DNA of 64,000 nucleotides from Candidatus Saccharimonadia bacterium. Its GTDB lineage: Bacteria > Patescibacteriota > Saccharimonadia > UBA4664. Where the stretch lies: NCBI GenBank assembly GCA_038245115.1, contig JBBRSS010000002.1, positions 7,020 through 71,019 on the forward strand, read 5' to 3'. Shown in pieces: positions 58,864 to 64,000 of this stretch. Below the pieces are notes generated by a model. The model did no database searches. It was not told where the DNA came from and saw only the letters and a list, made by a program, of their open reading frames with translations. A program made the position numbers and the translations under genes. Numbering within the stretch: the stretch's first letter is position 1; the number at the start of each line of letters is the position of its first letter.

Positions 58864-60770
58864 TGCTGGGCTTCAAAGACAACCTCACTCTATCCGTCAC
58901 CAAACTTCGCTCACGCCGAATCCGATTAATCGTGACACTCGTGGTCTCGGGGCTGCTATTCACCGTTCTAGTAACAGGCTCATTGGTGGCTCGCGGCACC
59001 TTAGCTAGCCTGACATCCTTTACCAAAGATGGCTTTTCGAGCCGATTTATTGTCACCATCTATGGTAGTCCAACGACCAACTACCTCAATAATCCCGCCA
59101 TCATCAAACGGGCAGAGGCCATCCAGAAGGAAACTGTGGCCAAAAAGACTGCCGAGGCGAAGCGACTTGGCATCCCATATGACCCAACCACCGAACCCAA
59201 ACTCACTAGCGAAGGGGGACCGGATGGCCCCAAACAACTCAATCTCGATCTGAGTCAAACCGCCTCCAGGCAGGCAGTCCGTGAGCTGGCACCACAGACG
59301 AGCCTCATCGACACCATAACGCCTGTGGCCAAGCCCTACGGCCTCAAAGCTATCTACTCGGGCAGCCGACTGGCAGATTACAACAACAATTCCTTCGAAC
59401 TCACCCCGATCGTGAGCGGTAAAGAAATCAAGAGGCCTCAAAGCAATAGTCCCACTCCAGATCCGCTCGATTCTTTTGGCGCCAATACCCAAACGCTAGA
59501 TAATTCGCTGCTGGAACCGTTTTTGCTCGAAGGTTCCACTTTGGTCGCGGCTCCCGGCGACCCTACTCCCGTTTTAGCCCCGGTCGATGCCGTCGAAAAA
59601 TTGCTTGGGCTTAAAGCCCTTAGCCATAATGCCACCTCACAAGAAAAACTGACTCGCCTCAAAGACTTGCGTCGCCAGGCCCGCAACCTGACATTTGATG
59701 TCTGCTACCGTAACCAAGAAGCAATCGACCTACGCAACCTGGTGAAGCAACAAGCCGACGAGATTGCCGCCGGTAAGGGCAAAACCGACTATGTTGCGCC
59801 AGCGGTCCAATACGCCTCCGGCTCAACCGTCTGCTCACCGACGACTATCAGCAAAGACACTCGCTCCGCCGAAGACAAAGCCCAGGCCGCCAAAATGGAC
59901 CAGTTTAAGACTACTTTCGGTGCTGTTGCACCCCAGACTGCCATCGTTAAATTCCGCATCGTCGGTATCCTACCCCAACTAAGCTTCGGCTCATCTGCTT
60001 TCGATATTGGAGATATGATATCCAGTCTGGTAACTTCCACACTCGGAACTGGCTGGTTCATCTCCAACCAAGCCGCCTCCAACCAACCCATCCTCGGCAA
60101 ACTCCTTGGCTCTCAGTCCCAAAATAGCCCCAACAGCGAGTTGGTCTATGCAGAATTCAACGGACGTACCGAACAAAAACGATTTTTGGATGAACGTATG
60201 TGCCAGCCCCAAGCCGGAATAACCACCAACTCAACCGACCCCACGGCCGGCTGCGGCAAAGACCATAAGTTTTTCCTGACGCCTTTTGGCAACCCACTGG
60301 CCGCCCTCTATGACTCCAAGGCTGGCTTCCTGAACTTTCTCAGCTGGGTACTTCTTGTAATCGCCGCCATCTCCGCCATCATCATGATGGGCACCGTCGG
60401 CAAAATTATTGCCGATTCCCGGAAAGAAACCAGCGTATTTCGAGCCGTGGGCGCCAAACGTCTGGATATCGCCCAAATCTACCTCCTTTACGCCGGCCTA
60501 CTGGCCTCGCTGGCCTTCCTGATATCGTTAGTCATCGGAATGGGGATCGCCATCCTAATCAACTCCAAACTCAGCCCGACCTTATCGATCCAAGCGGTTC
60601 TGGCCTTCAATAGCCCTAACGCCGATAAAACCTTCCATCTGTTCGGGCTCAACCTGCTCGATCTCCTGGGTATTTACGTCTTTGCCGTCGTCACCGGCCT
60701 TGCGAGCGCCATCCTGCCTCTGCTCACCAATCTTCGCCGCAACCCCATCAAGGACATGCGCGAGGAATAG
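58863..60770 (+). CDS. ABC transporter permease, FtsX/MacB family, with a large (~400-aa) extracytoplasmic domain
   Basis: TAATG overlap with the ATPase gene. One N-terminal TM, a large ectodomain, then 3 C-terminal TMs with 'ETSVFRAVGAKRLDI'. Confidence 0.8.
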   Translation: MLGFKDNLTLSVTKLRSRRIRLIVTLVVSGLLFTVLVTGSLVARGTLASLTSFTKDGFSSRFIVTIYGSPTTNYLNNPAIIKRAEAIQKETVAKKTAEAKRLGIPYDPTTEPKLTSEGGPDGPKQLNLDLSQTASRQAVRELAPQTSLIDTITPVAKPYGLKAIYSGSRLADYNNNSFELTPIVSGKEIKRPQSNSPTPDPLDSFGANTQTLDNSLLEPFLLEGSTLVAAPGDPTPVLAPVDAVEKLLGLKALSHNATSQEKLTRLKDLRRQARNLTFDVCYRNQEAIDLRNLVKQQADEIAAGKGKTDYVAPAVQYASGSTVCSPTTISKDTRSAEDKAQAAKMDQFKTTFGAVAPQTAIVKFRIVGILPQLSFGSSAFDIGDMISSLVTSTLGTGWFISNQAASNQPILGKLLGSQSQNSPNSELVYAEFNGRTEQKRFLDERMCQPQAGITTNSTDPTAGCGKDHKFFLTPFGNPLAALYDSKAGFLNFLSWVLLVIAAISAIIMMGTVGKIIADSRKETSVFRAVGAKRLDIAQIYLLYAGLLASLAFLISLVIGMGIAILINSKLSPTLSIQAVLAFNSPNADKTFHLFGLNLLDLLGIYVFAVVTGLASAILPLLTNLRRNPIKDMREE

Positions 60771-60773
60771 CAC

Positions 60774-62294
60774 CTACCGCGCCACCTCTACATCGTCGCC
60801 AAAATGCTTCTTAAGCCGTGCCGAAATTGAACCCGGTTGACGCCCCAGCGCCGTACTGATGTCGGCCAGCCCGCTCCCGCCCTCAAATAATGTCTTCAAT
60901 TTATCGTCATCGGCCACCGGCCAGGGCTTAAACGCATTGGGATAAGTCGCCCGCATACCTTCGAGTTTACTGGCCCAATTTGAGGTCTTGGCGGGCTTTT
61001 CGGGCGCCAATTTGCGCTTGGCCGCCGCTTCGGCCAGATACCCAAACCGCTGCGCATCCGCCTCACCTTTGACCCCCAACACCCCGTCCATCGCCAGCGC
61101 CTCGGGTGAAACCTTCAGCGCCATCTTGTTAATTCCCACCAAACTCAGCGCCGCCAAGCTGCGCACCCGCGATAGCGCCACGTAACCCATCCCCGGCACA
61201 AACGCCCGACGCAGATCAATCCGCGCCGCGTCCAACGTCATACCCTGGCTCTTATGCACCGTAATGGCCCAGGCCAGCCGCAGCGGCAACTGCGTCAGCG
61301 AAGCCCGCTTTTTGTCACCGTCGCGCAGCTCCCACGAATCCGGCAACATCGTTATAGTCCGCCCGTTGCGCAGCTCCACCGTCGGATATCCGGTGAGCGT
61401 TTCAAAATCTGTCACCACCCCCAGAGAACCATTCACGTATTTCTTGTCCTGGGCGTTTTTAATGCACATCACCAAGGCGCCAATTTTCAAGGTTAGAACC
61501 TCCGGCGCCAGGCACGAACGCTTCAACGAATCCACGTAATTCGCCTTGCCCGTCGTCGTCATCTGATAGCTCTGTTCCTCACCCTCAATCGTTGCCAGCT
61601 GCGCCTCGTTTATCCGATCTACATCTACATTCGTCGTATGCAGCTCGGTTACCGCCCCTTCCAACGGTGCGTCCATCCGATCGAGCAAGGTCTGAGCGTG
61701 GCCGCGACGAATATCGCCCCCGCGCAGCGCGTTGAGTACGGTCAAAAACTCCTCGTCATCCTGCCTATGTTGTTCGCTTAGCCTGCAAATCACTGGATCC
61801 AACGCTTTCCAAGCATGAGAATCTACCACAAATCCGCCATTACGCTGATCGCCCCGGCTCACCGGCGGCAGCTGAAAAAAGTCGCCGCACAAAATCACCT
61901 GAATGCCACCAAACGGCTCGGCACTTTTGCGCACCAACCGCGCCGCCTCATCCACCATATCCAGCCGATAATCGTGCAGCATCGAAATTTCATCAATAAT
62001 CAACACATCAGTTTTTACCATAATATCGTGCCGCGCTTTCGACAAATTACGCACGAAATCCACCGGCAGCTCATCGGCAATCCCGATCCCGCTCCACGAA
62101 TGAATCGTCGAGCCACTCAAATGGCTAGCTGCCAGCCCCGTAGTTGCAGTCACCGCCACCGACTTACCATCGCGTTTGGCCAACTTAATATATTCCGCCA
62201 ACACGTACGTTTTACCCGAGCCGGCTGGCCCCGTCAGCAGCACGCTTTCGCCCGCCATCATTATTTCGAGCGCTAGTGCTTGATCCATAGACAT
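60774..62294 (-). CDS. PIF1/RecD-like DNA helicase with C-terminal HTH-like tail
   Basis: 'LLTGPAGSGKTYVL', 'VLIIDEISML', 'AITVHKSQGMTLD'. Confidence 0.8.
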   Translation of the reverse strand: MSMDQALALEIMMAGESVLLTGPAGSGKTYVLAEYIKLAKRDGKSVAVTATTGLAASHLSGSTIHSWSGIGIADELPVDFVRNLSKARHDIMVKTDVLIIDEISMLHDYRLDMVDEAARLVRKSAEPFGGIQVILCGDFFQLPPVSRGDQRNGGFVVDSHAWKALDPVICRLSEQHRQDDEEFLTVLNALRGGDIRRGHAQTLLDRMDAPLEGAVTELHTTNVDVDRINEAQLATIEGEEQSYQMTTTGKANYVDSLKRSCLAPEVLTLKIGALVMCIKNAQDKKYVNGSLGVVTDFETLTGYPTVELRNGRTITMLPDSWELRDGDKKRASLTQLPLRLAWAITVHKSQGMTLDAARIDLRRAFVPGMGYVALSRVRSLAALSLVGINKMALKVSPEALAMDGVLGVKGEADAQRFGYLAEAAAKRKLAPEKPAKTSNWASKLEGMRATYPNAFKPWPVADDDKLKTLFEGGSGLADISTALGRQPGSISARLKKHFGDDVEVAR

Positions 62295-62376
62295 CTAGCA
62301 TACATGGCTTCTATAAAAAATAATTGCATTAATGACTCCTCACCGGGGCAGCGTGCTGCCCCGGTGAGTCAGTGAA

Positions 62377-62910
62377 TCAGCCAACCTCAACAGAGTCGCC
62401 GGCCTCCTCCGAAATCTCAGAATCGGTGAAGTGGGCAAGAGCCACAAAGCTCTCTGCGATTGCGATCGAAAAGGCCACCATACTCCCGACCCTGGAATTC
62501 AGCTCAACGGCCGCATCACCATAGGCCTCAATCTCCTCGGCGCCGGCAACCAATGCCTCGTACGCCACTAAAGCCACACTCGGCTGCACCATGAGCGAAG
62601 AGTTATAGCCCGCCAGATGATACATCAAGCTCGCGAGCATGATCCAGTTCATCCGGCTGCAGGCCATGGGGTTCGAGCTGTAGTTGCCGGCCACCATGGA
62701 TTTACTCCTGGTCTTGGTGCTTCCCGCAGCCGGAATTCGAGCCAGACTGGACTGAAGGTTCTCTACGTAACACTCGACGTTATCCGATATCTGCTCCGAA
62801 TGTGCGCTGAGAGTTATTCCCACTACACGGGCGGCATCCCAGTGCATACTGTAAGACATGTTCACCAACGCCGAGTCGAAATCAGAGGAGGAATATGGTA
62901 TTCCGAGCAT
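62377..62910 (-). CDS. Hypothetical protein (~178 aa)
   Basis: ORF only; start uncertain. Confidence 0.3.
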   Translation of the reverse strand: MLGIPYSSSDFDSALVNMSYSMHWDAARVVGITLSAHSEQISDNVECYVENLQSSLARIPAAGSTKTRSKSMVAGNYSSNPMACSRMNWIMLASLMYHLAGYNSSLMVQPSVALVAYEALVAGAEEIEAYGDAAVELNSRVGSMVAFSIAIAESFVALAHFTDSEISEEAGDSVEVG

Positions 62911-63044
62911 TACAATACACATCCTTAGATCGAGAACACCGAGAGTACATAGACGATAAGGACTTTACTATAAAATCGAGCATTTTGCTATTTACCGGTT
63001 TTACGGCAGGGTTACAGATCTGTAGCTCAAGCGTTACAATGATA

Positions 63045-64000
63045 TGGTGCCTATCGACTATCTCACTCACAGCTTTCAGCAATTCTTCGCCCCGCTCGCA
63101 CCCAATTGGGGCGAGTTTCATATAATTTTGAGCTTCGGGGTCGCGCTACTGATGGCGTACTTCTTCAACAAAATTATGGCCCGCATGGCGCCTGCTCTGG
63201 CCGCCAGCATCACCAAAAGCATGGAGTCCACCCCCGCCAGCGAGCGCTTCCTGCGCACCCGCCGACTCGAAACATTTCTGAGTCTTGGCGTCGCCATTGG
63301 CCGGGTTGTCGTGGTTATCGGCGCCCTAGTTGCGGCCTGGAAACTCTCCAACCCCACCACCGCCCCGATCGCCATCGTGGGCGCCAGTACCGTCTTTGTC
63401 CTCCTCGGCGGGGCAACACTCGTGCCGCTGCTCAAGGACGTCACCTACGGTTTCGTGATGATTGCCGAACATTGGTTCAACGTCGGCGATCACGTTGTTA
63501 TCGAGCCGTTTCCGCATCTCGGCGGTGTTGTCGAACAAGTCACTTTGCGTGCCACTAAGCTGCGCAGCATGAACGGCGAAGTCATCTGGGTCCACAATCA
63601 ACACATTCAAGCCGTCCGTGTCTCGGCCGCCGCCTCGCACACGATGGCCATCGAAACCTTCGTGAGCGATCCCGAACTCGGCGAACAGATCATCCGCAAA
63701 GCCTTCAAGGTCATTCCCTCTAGCCCCATCACCATCCCTAAGCCCTTAACTATTTCCGAAATCAAGCAAATCGACGACGACATCTGGCGCATCACCGCTA
63801 TTTGCGAGGTCACACCGTACCGCGAATGGATTATCGAACGTTTCGCTATCGAGGCCATCATCACTACGGATAAGCGCACCGGCCGCGAGCCGGTTATCGT
63901 CCATGGACCCGTGGCCTTCTACGCCGATGCCACGGCCGAACGCCGCTACCGCCGGTCCGTCCATGGGCATACCCGACGCTCGACCGCTGCCCCGCGCCCG
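63045..64000 (+). CDS. mscS: Small-conductance mechanosensitive channel (MscS family), 3' partial (runs off the window; absent from the ORF track because there is no stop in the window)
   Basis: My translation from ATG ~63045 gives TM helices followed by the MscS beta-domain 'VGDHVVIEPFPHLGGVVEQVTLRATKLRSMNGEVIWVHNQHI'. It is open to base 64000. Coordinates are +/-1 (see the rejected note). Confidence 0.7.

Noticed and set aside
62990-63126. Apparent one-nucleotide inconsistency between my reading of the sequence text near 62997-63003 (a run that reads as five T) and the ORF-track coordinates/translations of ORFs 62895..63125, 62882..63121 and 63106..63558 (which imply four T)
   Set aside because: Most likely my transcription or indexing error rather than biology. 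The affected ORFs are probably spurious and intergenic. Coordinates for the mscS start (63045) should be treated as +/-1.

Overview
This is a 64-kb, gene-dense chromosomal window of moderate-to-high GC. I found no rRNA, tRNA, CRISPR array, transposase or integrase. The envelope features look monoderm: MacB/FtsX-type ABC pairs, SH3b, DUF2207, DUF4352-like and DUF4430 proteins, Ser/Thr/Pro-rich linkers, and giant surface proteins anchored by an N-terminal TM helix. The lineage cannot be fixed from sequence alone; Patescibacteria/Saccharibacteria-like or Chloroflexota-like are both possible. Housekeeping genes: eno, metK (behind a SAM-I riboswitch), zwf and gnd (ATGA-coupled), pyrB, gpmA, an otsA-otsB fusion, rlmD, mscL, mscS (3' partial at the window end), corA-like, an RRM RNA-binding protein, and a KaiC-like ATPase. 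Accessory content: two RecD/Pif1-type helicases, a DUF2779 nuclease, a thermonuclease, a small alarmone hydrolase, three MFS pumps, and a high-GC peptidoglycan-binding NodB deacetylase that looks foreign. The two stand-out loci are (i) 17.2-20.0 kb, where a cobalamin-riboswitch-like leader with an intrinsic terminator precedes a DUF4430 protein, a prenyltransferase-like alpha/alpha-toroid protein and an ECF S-component-like protein (a candidate split 'transcobalamin-like' B12 capture/uptake system), and (ii) 51.7-60.8 kb, where a NOX/ferric-reductase-type flavocytochrome is followed on the same strand by TM-anchored Ig-repeat proteins ending in cytochrome b5-like domains, three DUF4352-like paralogues and a MacB-type ABC pair (a candidate trans-envelope electron-transfer module). 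Several other oddities are listed: a stand-alone voltage-sensor protein, a leader-peptide uORF, direct repeats bracketing a two-gene cassette, and a GC-rich islet of unknown ORFs. All coordinates are from my reading of the sequence, with true starts chosen by RBS inspection; treat starts as +/- a few codons.
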